From Perkinsus olseni (taxonomy: Eukaryota): 44,864 nucleotides of DNA. Within the stretch, counting starts at the first letter, position 1. Each line of letters opens with the position of its first letter. The stretch is from the NCBI GenBank assembly GCA_013115125.1, contig JABANN010000268.1, forward strand, positions 1 to 44,864, read 5' to 3'. The position numbers and the translations under genes were made by a program. Below, one piece after another: positions 12,306 through 23,900 of the stretch. The notes under the pieces are model-generated. The model did not search any database and was not told where the DNA came from. It saw only the letters and a program-made list of their open reading frames with translations.

Positions 12306-13782
12306 ATGCTTTTGAATGCTTATGACAGTGCTTCCAGCGGCAGCAGTGATTCCTCCGACTGTGATGGTGAGGGAGAAGGAGTAAAACGCGAGCTACCATC
12401 TCCCTTTGCGGGGGAGGAAGATGAGACGGTGGAGCCACACGCTGATCATGTCAATAAAAGAATACGACGGATACCTCACATCGAGGGAAACTACGCTTGT
12501 GAGAAGTCGAGGGGGTGTAGGGTGCACTTCTATCGTAGCGACACCACCTTTTCAGGCACTATTTTTCTGCCATGGACCTCGAATGAAGGAGAAGATTCAT
12601 CGCTGCCAGGCCTGTATCAGAGTGCTCTTCGGCGGGCCTCCGCGTTCTGGCCGGGGCGCGAATGGGAGAAGATGCCGAGTGGAAGTGTTCACTGTAGCTT
12701 GTCCCGGACGGTGATGTTGAAGTAGGCCGGCCAAGGTTGCCTCGCGAAGATTCCACGTTGTTGTTCAGGCATCACCTAATAGGACTGTTCAAGCGAAAGA
12801 TAGCAACCCGGCTCCGAGGAAAACCTCAATTTACGATGTGAGCGTTGGGCTTGGGGGGAGCGGGACAACTTCTGTGTCACCAGGTACGTATCACCGTCCG
12901 CTGTCGACCTCTTCCTGTCGGAGGACAGGACCACTGCATTCTTAGTATCGCCAATAGTTGAGCCAGGACCGGTACCCTCCCTCCCACGTTTCTCCCATCT
13001 TCTCGTTATTGGCCGCAGGTCGTGTCTATGGTACATGCGGTAGATGAGGTGATGAGCGAGTTAGACCTGGAGACGTTCTACGACCCCCCGAAGCCGCACT
13101 TGTCTCTGGCGTGGACTACCATAGATGTTGAAGTATGCCGGCCTACAACAGCCCTCCTTCGAGACAGCGTTGTCCTTGCTCTTTTGGATAGTGCTCGACA
13201 GGCCAATCCTGAATTTCAGAAACGCTCACGAGATTCGAGGTCAATTTATTGGGCAGATTAATTCGAATCAGGATGACGCAGCGGGAGTGCGGGATACCCC
13301 GTGAAGAGCCACATAAGCTCTTGCCCAGCGGCAATGCTGCGCGCAAGGCGCAAGGGATAAGTATAAGCGCTAGTAGCGCGATCCCCAATCTTTCTTTCCA
13401 CCCGCCCGCCCAGGCGGTGCCCCTCGAGCCCAGGCTCTTCAGGCACGGGTCAGGCAGCTACCTAGCCTCGCGTGCCACCCGACCTACTACCCAAGGCCTG
13501 GTCGGAAGGACAGAGAATTATGAATTATACGTGCAAAGTTTTCTCCTGACCCTCTGGAGACCAAACTTGAAACTTGCGCTCTGGTTGGAGAAGAGCACTA
13601 CGCGGTCCTCTCAGGTCCTGTGCGAGAAGGTTCAAAGCCTAGCTGATGGAGAGCAGCATTTCCACCTGTCGTCCAAGAGCGACGAGAGCGCCCCAGCTGA
13701 CGATCTTCTGGGCATCGATGTTACTTCTGCTGTTCTTCGGATTGGTAAAGAGGATACTGTTATTCCTTTGAGTGACGAGTAA
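12306..13782 (+). CDS. USB1: U6 snRNA phosphodiesterase USB1/Mpn1 (2H phosphodiesterase, multi-exon)
   Basis: N-terminal LLNAYDS.., RIRRIPHIEGNYA, two HxS motifs (VHCSLSR and FYDPPKPHLSLAW), EDRTTAFL, C-terminal LRIGKEDTVIPL. Confidence 0.9.
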
Positions 13783-14268
13783 CGTAGTGAGTTTCTTATT
13801 TTGGGTCGGTGTCGTGTAGGGGAGTAGCGGAGACACTTGCTATCTGTACTCGGCTGCTCACCTCGGCCACGTGAGACCTGTCCCCTACCACCATCGTATG
13901 GGGCGACTGACGAATGGCTCTTCTTCGCGCGTCGATTATATCCAGCACACTTGTGCCGGTCCCGGCGTGAAGCAGAGGATTGCTAAGACAGCAACATGAT
14001 GAGTTGCGACTGTGCGAGTGCTTGTCTTGGTGCACGCCAGTCACATGGCGTTTGAGTCAGTGTTGAAAGTTGTGCGTCATGCATCGTAGAACGACTATCC
14101 CGTCTTTATCGTCTCTTCACTTGATAAAACCAGCACTTGTACATCGAGTTGGCAATGTTGCTTGTATGGGCTACCGACCACAAGCACTATCACGACAAGT
14201 GTCTAATGCTCAAGCCAACTGTTATGCGGACAACGACTGTGCAACATGTTCAACGCGCATGAATGATT

Positions 14269-17200
14269 CTAAGCGTAGACGAACCCCCGTTCCTCGTAGA
14301 AGTGCTTCAACACTTTCGGGCGTTGGAAGTCGAGACTGACCAGGACCTGTCAGAAGCGTCAGGGGAGAAGGGAGAGCGACTGTTGCCTTACGCAGTCGAT
14401 GGTTTCTGGATCGAGTCCCACGTCCCGCAGAGCCTTCTGGGCATCATCTAGAAAGCAGTCAAAGAAGAAGTCGTTGATCGACAAGAACGCATGGATATCT
14501 TCCAGAGGTCGGCCGGCGTATCCAGCCGGTCCGCCAAGTACCATTGTCAAGTAGTCAACCTGAGAGCAGCCCATCCTACACGTGAAAAACAAGGCAAGAG
14601 TGTGGTACAGTCACAATCGAGTAGCTTGTCTATGGCTTCGTTAAATAGACCGAACAAGATCGGCTCAAGATGGGGGTCCGGTACAACAGTCACTTACCAG
14701 CGATGGCTTCATGGCTTTCACTTTCTCGCTATCAAAGAACATGTTAACTCGCCTGTCGAGACCAATGACCTCAAACAACCGATGGACGAAGCCTTCAACA
14801 CCTGCAGTTAACTGCGTAGTGGCGGGAGCTTCGAGCTTCCCACCTTCGGCGCCTCCAAGTGAGGAGAAGAGGAAGTCATGACCATGCACTTGCCCTTGCC
14901 GCCGAGCCATCTCAGTTCTTACCTGAAAGACCGAAGCTGCGGAACTTGTCGGAATTCACGGTCCCACCGAGCAGCCCGTAGTGATGTCCGGACGGACCAT
15001 ATTCATGATCTGCAGCGCATCATCGATGGCGTCTCCATTCAGGCTCATCGAGCTGACAAGAGAAGTCAGGCGTGAACTAACGGCAGCCCTCACCCCATGA
15101 CTTCTTGGGCGAGCTGCAGGACAGTGTCAAAGTGATAGTCTCTGATGTTCATAGAATAGTGAGCGGGCTTGAGGTGTGCCATGTCGTATTGGACCGGTCC
15201 ACCTGCACGTATGACTGCAGCGAGGCGAACGCTACGACAGTCGGGTCATACCGAAGAGACCACTGAGAAGCTGGTACATCTTGATCCTGACTTGTCGGGC
15301 CTTTGCCTTCCCTTTGTCGAAGAAGTACCTTCACGTGTCCAACCCCCTTTTCACAGCGAGGGCGTATCTGGCTTACTTTATTCTCGTGTCTTCCTGGCAC
15401 CTCTCGTACAGACTCTCCACAACGCTCTCCAAGTTGAGGTCACCGCCCAAGCGCTCAACAAGAGCCTGAAAGGCTGTATCGTCAGAGCTTCTGCGGTGGC
15501 AGCGGCCATCTCACCACGCCCTCCTTGTGGGCTAGTTGTGTTGCATCATTATCCTTCCGGCCAAGTACGCCCTGCCGCAAGGGCTCGACAGTTACCATGA
15601 CCTTCAATGGAACGGTATCGCGATCAGCAGTAGCGGCACGACGCACCTCATCGATAAGCTGTTCGTCCGCGCCACCTCCCATCAAAGCCTTCTGCAAGTC
15701 AGCGAGGAACGCATCGAAGTGGTAGTCATCCAACCCGACTTCTCGGTGTATATTGGCTATTTCACGACCTGGGCAGACACTACTTGTGCGGTCCGAAGGC
15801 TAAGCCCGTCTTTGCGGCCGGGCTACTGAGCTGAGCTTACCTTGATATGTCTTTGGGCCGCCCCAGGTCTCAACAAGAACCGTCGTGATTCCTTTCTTAA
15901 TAGCATTGACTTTTGCTTCTTTCCGATTCTCGAAGAATTCCCTCACTCGAGGATCGGCCACCAGGACGCCGAAGAGTTTGTCTATAAGGGCGATAATCCC
16001 ATCGCTCTCGCCTAACTTCCGGAACAGCTGATCTCGCCCCTTCTCTAAGTTCCTTTTGGCTAGTTCGCTCCGCAAAGTGAACCCGGTCGTGACGAGCTTC
16101 CTCACTGGCTGCAGGGCCTTCAGAAAATCTCGGACTATAGGCCGGTCGACCTTCTCTGCTATCAAGCAACCTCTGAATAACTCCAGGATTGAGTCGAAGT
16201 GGTAGTTGGTGATGTTCATGGCGTAATGGACCGGTTGAAGATCGGCTTCATCGTACTTAACAGGCCCGCCGATCAGACCGCAAATGTATTGCGACATCTT
16301 CTTCTTGATGGACTGTATTTTCGCCTTGTTCTTCTCGAAGAAAGAGCGCAGACGACTATCAAGGATGGCCTCCTCATATACCCTGTCGACTAAACCTGTT
16401 ACAGCCTAACAAAAGCAACGCATACAAGAAGCTGTCGCACGAAAGAGACTGATTATTATCAGTCAGTTTGGCCGAGTGGTCTAAGGCGCCAGACTCAAGT
16501 TCTGGTGGAGAAATCCGCGTGGGTTCGAACCCCACAGCTGACATATCACTCCTCTTATTCTGTCTCACCGGCTCGTCTCCCAAAATCTCGTATACCGTCT
16601 TCTTATTAGCAAGAGTAAGAAATTTCCGCACATCGTGTTCTCTTCTGTTTGAATTAATCACGGATGCCCGGCTCCCTTCCAGTAATACAACGCCTGACGA
16701 AGATATCCACTGAATGTGTGCACACAGCGGCTAGCCACGGCCATCGAATTCTCTCATCTTGAGGCACAACAGCTTCGGAAAGCACTATTCAGTTTTTTTC
16801 AGCTACTTACACTCATCAGTAGCTTCCTGGTCAAGCCCGGCCTCTTTGAATGATAGCGCACATGCGTGTATAAAACAATCGAAATGGAAGTCACTGATCT
16901 GTATAAGACTGTGAACTTGAGCTATATCTCTACCAGTGTATCTGACATGAGGCACCTTTACCCTCATGAGTGTTTGAAGCGACAGCAACTTCATCAGGAT
17001 GTTCGGGGCGAGAAGCAGTCATAGCGAATGTTTAATTGAATTCCGCACACATACGAACACGCAATTTAAGATTCTGGATTACTCATCGACTCCACCGAAC
17101 ATCTGGTTGAGGTAGAGGCTTAGCTTTCCTTTGAGAACATCTGTCTTGGCGCCCGCGAAGAAGTATGCTATGCGTTGATCTGCGTGCAGGCGCCTGAGAT

Positions 17201-20200
17201 GGATTAATTCTCCGGAGGGCCTCAATCTGAGACGCAGCCGAGTCGACTGATCTCGAGGTTACTTGAAAAGCTTGTCGACAAATACGACGATGCCGTCTTT
17301 CTTGCCCAGCTGTGAGTACAGGCTTGCTGTTCCTGCACTTTCAATACTGCGATGGGCGATTTCGAGACGAATAGTGCCTACAGCAAGTTTGAAAGATACT
17401 TCTTGAAATGCTCGCGAACGCCGCCATGCACTGGCTCACATCCGCTGGTGATTTCCTGGCGTAACTTCACAACCGTCTCCATGAGCTCATCGATGAATGT
17501 AGGTGAAACGTCCATGACTTCGCAGGAGACTCGCAGATTCTCACAGACAGCGTCGAAATGATAATCAGTGATGTTGTGATTGAAGTGGGCGGGCTTCAAT
17601 CGTGCAATGTCGTACAGCTTGGGCCCTCCGCAAGCCCCTATCAGGAGCTGCGTTAAGCGAATCTTTATTTGCCTCATGCGGGCAGCGTCCAAATGGAAGA
17701 AAAATTTAACGCGAGGGTCCAAGTTGAGCGCGCTGAACAAGGTGTCTACGACGCCCTCGATCGTCATTTCTCCGCCGACGCGCTCCAGTAGATTCTTCCC
17801 ATCTACAATACGAGCGCTGGACTCCACTCGCTTTTTCTGGCCGGAGAGAACGCTGGTCCGCTGAGGCTCGAGGATAACCATGATCTCATCTACTGTGTCG
17901 TCATCGACGCCGAGACTAGACAGTGCCCGCTCGATGTCCATCAGGAAGGCATCGAAATGAAAGTCATTGAGCTCCAGTGAACGGTGTAGAGAAGAAAGGT
18001 TCTTTCCCTTATACGTTAGAGGACCACCCAAAACATCAGTTAGATAGTACAGCAGACCTTCTTGTATGGTGTCGATGTCCCGGTCTTCAAAGGCCCACAA
18101 GATACGCTTATCCAAGGATATGATGTCCATCAAACGCTCTATGAAGGGGACTAGGTCGTCGTTGTCTCCGATAAGCTTCTCGTAAAGGCCCTCGAGGCCA
18201 CGCTCGTTGTTGCGACGAGCGATTTCTGTTCTCACAGTGTATCCGGTGGTAACTTCTCGACGTGTCTGAGTGGGAGAGATGCACTCAGATGATGGCCTCG
18301 GCGCGATGCAGCAACCGTGTTATCAATTCGAGCATCATTGACAGGGATTCGGTTGTTGGTACCTTTCCTAGCAGGGTCCCCACCTCCTCCGTTACTGCCG
18401 GATGAATTCCAACCTGATCCAAATTATTCCGGTCACTACGGGCTTATCTCTGAGCGAGAGTAGCTCCCACCTCGTTGAACGCCGCAGTGAAAAGCTCGAC
18501 GACACAATCGAAATGCACATCGGTGATGTTGAGATAGTAGTGAGCGGTTTTAACCGCTGTGACGTCGTAGCTGTAGGGCCCACCGAGAGTTCTGAGGGAG
18601 GGACAAACTCAGCGACGGGCGAGGAGAGATGGGATAGAGAGCAATCAGGAGATCTACAGAAAAATCGACAGGCTTATTGATATAGATAGAATGAAGAAGC
18701 CCCCTGACTCCGAACTTCATTTCGATCGATCGACCGCCGCCATCGTATTATACGGTATCATTTATTTGAACGTGCTTTCCACATCACCAAGCATTACAGC
18801 ATTCTACTGTAATGGATGTCGGTGGTGATTACCAACCAGCAAACCGGATCCGTTTACATACTACATATTCAACAAGCAGCTTGGCGCAGTGGATAGCGTG
18901 TTGGGCTCATAACCCAAAGGTCCTTTGATCGAAACAAGGAGCTGCTATTTTTCCGGCAAAAATACTAAACGTCGATAAATTCAATACGTAGGCAGACGCA
19001 CGCAATCACATCTCGACACTCATACAGTTCATAGGCCCATGGCCAGTCACCAGACTGCAAGAGAAGCAGCACAGTTGAGCGAGTCTCAGAAAGCCTACAG
19101 AAGACACACGACTCAGATCCCGTCTCACGCAGCGAGGAACGTCTGTAACTTCTGCTTCAAGTGTTTCACTTTACGAGAGTTCTTCTCGAAGTACGCCCGA
19201 GTTCGGGGCTCCGTAATAGCCTTATCTGTCCACAAGACAAACCCTTGATTGTAGCCCAGGAAGTTCATGAACCACTGCAGCGAAATCTACCGTAGAAATT
19301 GGCAACGATAGCTTCGAGTTTTCGGTCGCCCCCGGCTCTTTCGAATAACGATCGCGATTTGTCGTCATGTCCGATCCTTCTCTTCACTAAAGCCGCTTTC
19401 TGAGGATGCACGAAACTGCTTTGAAAGCACTGCTCGGACGACGAGGAAAGAGGAGTGTCTTAAGATATGTGTCAAGCGTACTTGATGCCTCTTCTCCTCT
19501 TGAGCGGAGGCGGCATCACGCACCATGGCCTTGAACCTGAGCACAATCGCGAGGTTTGTCCCAAGGTTTGCGGTTCAACGGCGTCTGAACGCAGGGATCC
19601 GCAAATAGCCGAAGCTCTATCCCTCCTATCAGCTGCCACCCACTTCGACATATCCTGAGATATCTTGTCCAGCGCGGTTTCGACTATCCCCGAGTTCAGC
19701 GTAACCGAGTGTTCTTTCCCTCCCTGTGCAAGTCCAGTCGACTCGACGTTCTTCACGAGATCGTCTTGCAACACGTCCATCCTCTTTATTACATCCCCAA
19801 GGCGATCCTTCACAACTGAGCGGAGCGAAGGAGCTCGCGTTCTCTGGTACCTCCACGTTATAACGTTAAACCCGGTCTACTTAATTCCGGTATCCTCAGA
19901 AGCGAATTCGCCACATTTTGCCGGAAACTAGAACACTGAGATTGCTCCTGGTTTAGCCTCGAGCCAATTCAGGAGGCGGGCAGAGATCATTGGTGTCCAG
20001 CAGTAAAGTTTGCGAGAACATCGCCGATGAGTATGAGACTTCAACTCGCTCTCATACTCATCGGCGTCCAGGTGGCTCTGTACTACCTCCGATTTCCGAC
20101 TGAGACTTCTCAACCGCGGAAAGGAGACGATTGATGTTGGCCATGGGAAGCGGCGACTCGCCACTGGCTAGCATAACGCTGATCGACTCGACTGGCGAGA

Positions 20201-20702
20201 ACCCACGAAGCACGCACCCCGAAAGAGCGTCAAACTATCTCTCGTCAGCGGTAGAATTCTTGACCTTTCCTGCCAATCATGCAGGTGAAACCCGGCACGG
20301 CAATGAGGAAGCCGATGGCTGTTTAATGTAGCCGAAGACGGCGCTAGTAAGACTAAATTTGTCACGAATAAGAGAAAGTTCAGAGTATGTCCAACCCACC
20401 GGCAGCGGCCAAAGTCCCAGGAACCACGCGTGGCAATCAGGAAAAAGCAACAGGAAAAAATAGAAGTGCGGATCAAGCTAGGAATGGGAGACCCGAAACT
20501 CGAGAGGGCAACCTGAACCCCCAGCCGTTAGCCAGGACCAGATCTCTTCCTTAATTTGTACTTGTACCTACGGTCCAGAAAATTTGATCTTGCTCACTAG
20601 ACACAACTTGAAATTCCTCAGCTCGTCTCCGAAAGCGCGCCGTATCGGTCGGGGCAGAGTTAATGTGGTGCTGTACACTTGGCATAGGGGTGATAGGGGC
20701 AT
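14269..20702 (-). CDS. Protein with eight tandem group I truncated (2/2) haemoglobin domains plus an N-terminal non-globin extension
   Basis: Hand-splicing through GT-AG introns joins domains starting SLFERAGG, GLYEKLIG, NLLERVGG, SLYSQLGK, TVYEILGD, QLFRKLGE, ALVERLGG and FLFSSLGG in one frame. Each has a D/E-x-R-hydrophobic-x-x-aromatic CD motif, GG[P/V]xxY, the proximal His and an [H/F]FD G-helix motif. Stop TAG at 14269-14271. Globin part about 14269-19350 is well supported; exons and start above about 19900 are tentative. Confidence 0.85.
16462..16543 (+). tRNA. trnL-CAA: tRNA-Leu(CAA), antisense within globin-gene intron 16406-16568
   Basis: Acceptor GTCAGTT/AGCTGAC, D arm GCC..GGC, anticodon arm CCAGA-CTCAAGT-TCTGG, long variable arm, T arm GTGGG-TTCGAAC-CCCAC, discriminator A. 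Confidence 0.96.
18875..18947 (+). tRNA. trnM-CAT: Initiator tRNA-Met(CAT), antisense within globin-gene intron 18592-19128
   Basis: A1:T72 pair (AGCAGCT/AGCTGCT), anticodon stem TTGGG/CCCAA with three G-C pairs, T-loop ATCGAAA typical of eukaryotic initiators, TTTTT at 18948-18952. Confidence 0.97.
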
Positions 20703-20975
20703 GGCCGCCCTTCTGGGGAGAGGGGAGGGTCTCCTCTATGCCTTCGTCGTTATTTCAGAAGTCGAAATGGGTAGCATACGGGGTACGGTGACAGCAGCTG
20801 ACGTAGGAGGTCAGATAATAAGGAAATTGAACTCTTCCAAATCGCGCGGGCTTGGAACGCATAACGAACTTTGTACGGTCGAGCCCCTATCTCTTCAGTT
20901 GATACTTTAGTAATTAGTGGCAATTCCGTACCTTGCCGCTGCTGCAACTACTAGTGCAATAGAACTAATTACAAA

Positions 20976-23900
20976 ATGGCTTGGTTCACCTACGTGCCAC
21001 ATAATGTGTTTTACATCTTCTCCCACTTATATCTAGAGGAGATCGTCGCTTTGCTCATCGCCCTCACCGTTAGTCTATCCTTGGTCACCGCCAACCATGT
21101 AGGTGCCTAATACCGACAATCTGCCCCATGTTACTCGTAGGTGCTTACTGACGCTGATTTGTTCTGGTGGACCATTATGGGCTGCTGGGCTTCACTGGGG
21201 TGTGCATTGCTCTACAAAATGTACGGTAGTCCTCATCCTTGCGTGGCATTCTCGGAATCTTTCAGGGGAGTCCTGTGCAACCCTCGATTCGCCAAGGCCC
21301 CCGAGCACGATGAGCCTTCTGTTCGAGAGCCTGACGACTATTCTAAGTGAGCCGCTCTTGGTAGCCTGTAGGGAGTGGGCTGGAAACATGTGGTGCAGGT
21401 TCGGTGCACCGGCCCAGGTTGAGCGTGACGTCATTCTTGACGGGACGTCATTCAGAGATTCAGCTGGTCGAAGGGTCCATCTCAGAGGCATCAATGTTGG
21501 AGGCATGTCGAAGATGCCAATCGGTAATGAGGAGCTTCCTTTCGCTGGGCTGTCATGGAGGGCGGCTCAGTAGCACACGCTTGATAGTAGAGGATCATAG
21601 ATATTAGACATCATTGGACGTACTCTACTATAATTATATATATTTACGAAGCTTTACGATCCCCCGTGCGGTGACATTTGGCTGACGGATAGAGCTCTGG
21701 CGCAAGAACTAGGGGGGACGCAGATTGAGGAGACCAACCTGTATAATAGCCTTGTAATAGTGAACCAATAGTCGTAGAATGCATGGATTAATAGGATATC
21801 AGTTACTCTACGTATTATTGAATAGCTGTATATTGTCAAGTGATTGAAGAGATCCTCGCTGGCTTTCAGGCAGTAACAGCAGTCAGTCGACCATTCCCTA
21901 CGGCGAGGGCGCTACCTTTGTCGGCCGACCGTTCGCCTTGGAGGAGGCTGATGTCCATCTCCAGAGATTGAGGGCTTGGGGTCTAACATTCGTAATAAGC
22001 AGCTTCGTTCGTGGACGTGGACGCGGCCCGCGCCAGTGAACGACGAGTTGGATGAAAATTATCATCCGCTCTCTGACGAGCATCCCTGGAAGTGTCTGGG
22101 CTGTAGTTACGGTTTATCGTCACTTGGGAGGCATTGGAACCTCGTGTTCCAGGAGAGTATGACACTGAGTATATCCAGTATTTGGTTGAGATCATTCGGA
22201 AGTGCCGAGAGTAGGACTTGGGGGCCGCTCACTTGTCAGAGTGATGATGCATCTATGTGGTAGGTACGGCATCAGCGTGCTCATTGACCCTCATCAGGAC
22301 GTAAGGGCTCGTGAATGATTAGGGGGAAATGTGGTAGAGTTTGGTCGTCCGTGTGCAGGCCTGGTCCCGATGGACGGGTGGTGACGGCGCTCCTCGCTGG
22401 ACCTTGGAGAAGATCGGGTTCGATCCCGAGAAGCTTTCAGAGTCCGGGGCCTGCTTCTTGCATCAGTGCCACTTGGCAGACGAGAGTGACCCTAAGGGGT
22501 AAGGGCTGGGGTCATCCGGGCTTCCAGTGAACCGCTTCGCCTGACGGTCCACCAGGGCCACGAAGGTTAATTATTCGCGCTCAATTAAGAGATTGACGAC
22601 TAGGATCGCGCTACTGGGCGACGAGCCATGGCGGGGGCCCAACTGTGGCATCTCAGATTCTTCCCTAAAATGTCGTGGCCTGTTAATAACCTTTTCTACC
22701 CAGCTGCTACCATGTGGGCTATCTTCTTCGCTGGCGAGGATTACGCTCCGAAGACTAAGATTGGTGAGTATCTTTGTCTTAAGCGGGGAAGATACGGTAT
22801 AGGTTGGTATAGATAATGTTTCACAGGTGATGAGAACGCTGGTGCATACCTCCGTCGTCATTACTATGGTGCTGTTAGCGCCCTGGCGGAGGCGCTGAAA
22901 GGCGAACCCAATGTGCTGGGCTTTGAAACTTTGAATGAGCCCAACATGGGATGGGTTGGCCGAACCTTATCGTTGGATAAGTAAACATTCGGTCACTTGG
23001 TGGCATCGGCCTGTCTGTCTCCTTTCCGAATCTTGAACCAGGTTCAACGCCCCGCAGCCTCTAGGATATCTGATGAGTCCGTGGGAGACGATACAGCTCG
23101 CCAACGGAGAGTCGTTGAAATTACCCAAATACGGCGAAGACTTCAAGTATCTCGGCCACTTCGTAAGGAGATGGCGGGCAGCAGGGGAGTGCCGGACGAT
23201 TGTTGTCATCATCAGGCATTGAACGAGCACCATACACAAGTGTTCTTGCCGGGCTATAGGGATCCGTGGAATGATAACGGCGTCTGGGATTATGATGCCA
23301 ATGGGAAGATGCGCCTCTTGAAGAAGAGATATTTTGACTTGAAGACTAAAGAAGACTTCCAAAGTAGTGTTGGGGTGATTTTCGATTGGTGGAAGCGCAA
23401 GCAACGTGCTTGTTTCGACGCGTGCTGTCTTCACGCGGGCGAATAACAAAAGAGGTGGAGTATTTTCTCGTGTTTCAGCTCGTTACATGAGGCCTTTCTG
23501 GAGGGACTTCGCCGAGGCGGTGACTTCCAAGATGCCTGACGGGATCATCTTCCTAGGTGGGAGTCATCTAATGAATAGTCTTTCACCATCGTTTTATAGG
23601 GCCTACGATGGACATGGAGTGGCCTAAGCTCCATGTTGCTACTAAGGATGATGTACCAGAGGATACCCGCATCGTGTGGGCGCCGCATTGGTAGAAGTCT
23701 TCGCTGTCTGAGGGTTCGCGAGTTGGTCTTGTGTGCAGGTACGATGGTCCGACGCTGCAGTATTCCAACTATCGAACGTGGCTCGGCTGCGAGATTGCCA
23801 CATATGGGCTGAAGGTGAGAAGCTCACTGCGACCGTGTGTGGGGGAGCATATTGCTTCAGTTCGATGTGGGTCCGGGAGTGGCACCTAATACCCATAAGA

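Noticed and set aside
13340-13365. Resemblance to U4 5' end, U6 GCGCAAGGAT or U1 ATACTTAC
   Set aside because: Matches are 10 nt or less and the rest of each snRNA is absent.
13495-13515. SRP helix-8-like GGTCGGAAGGACAG
   Set aside because: Lacks the CAGG/AGCA symmetric-loop consensus.
18815-18822. GATGTCGG identical to the LSU rRNA peptidyl-transferase loop (possible snoRNA guide on the minus strand)
   Set aside because: Only 8 nt, no adjacent D box, and the opposite pocket strand does not pair with the target.
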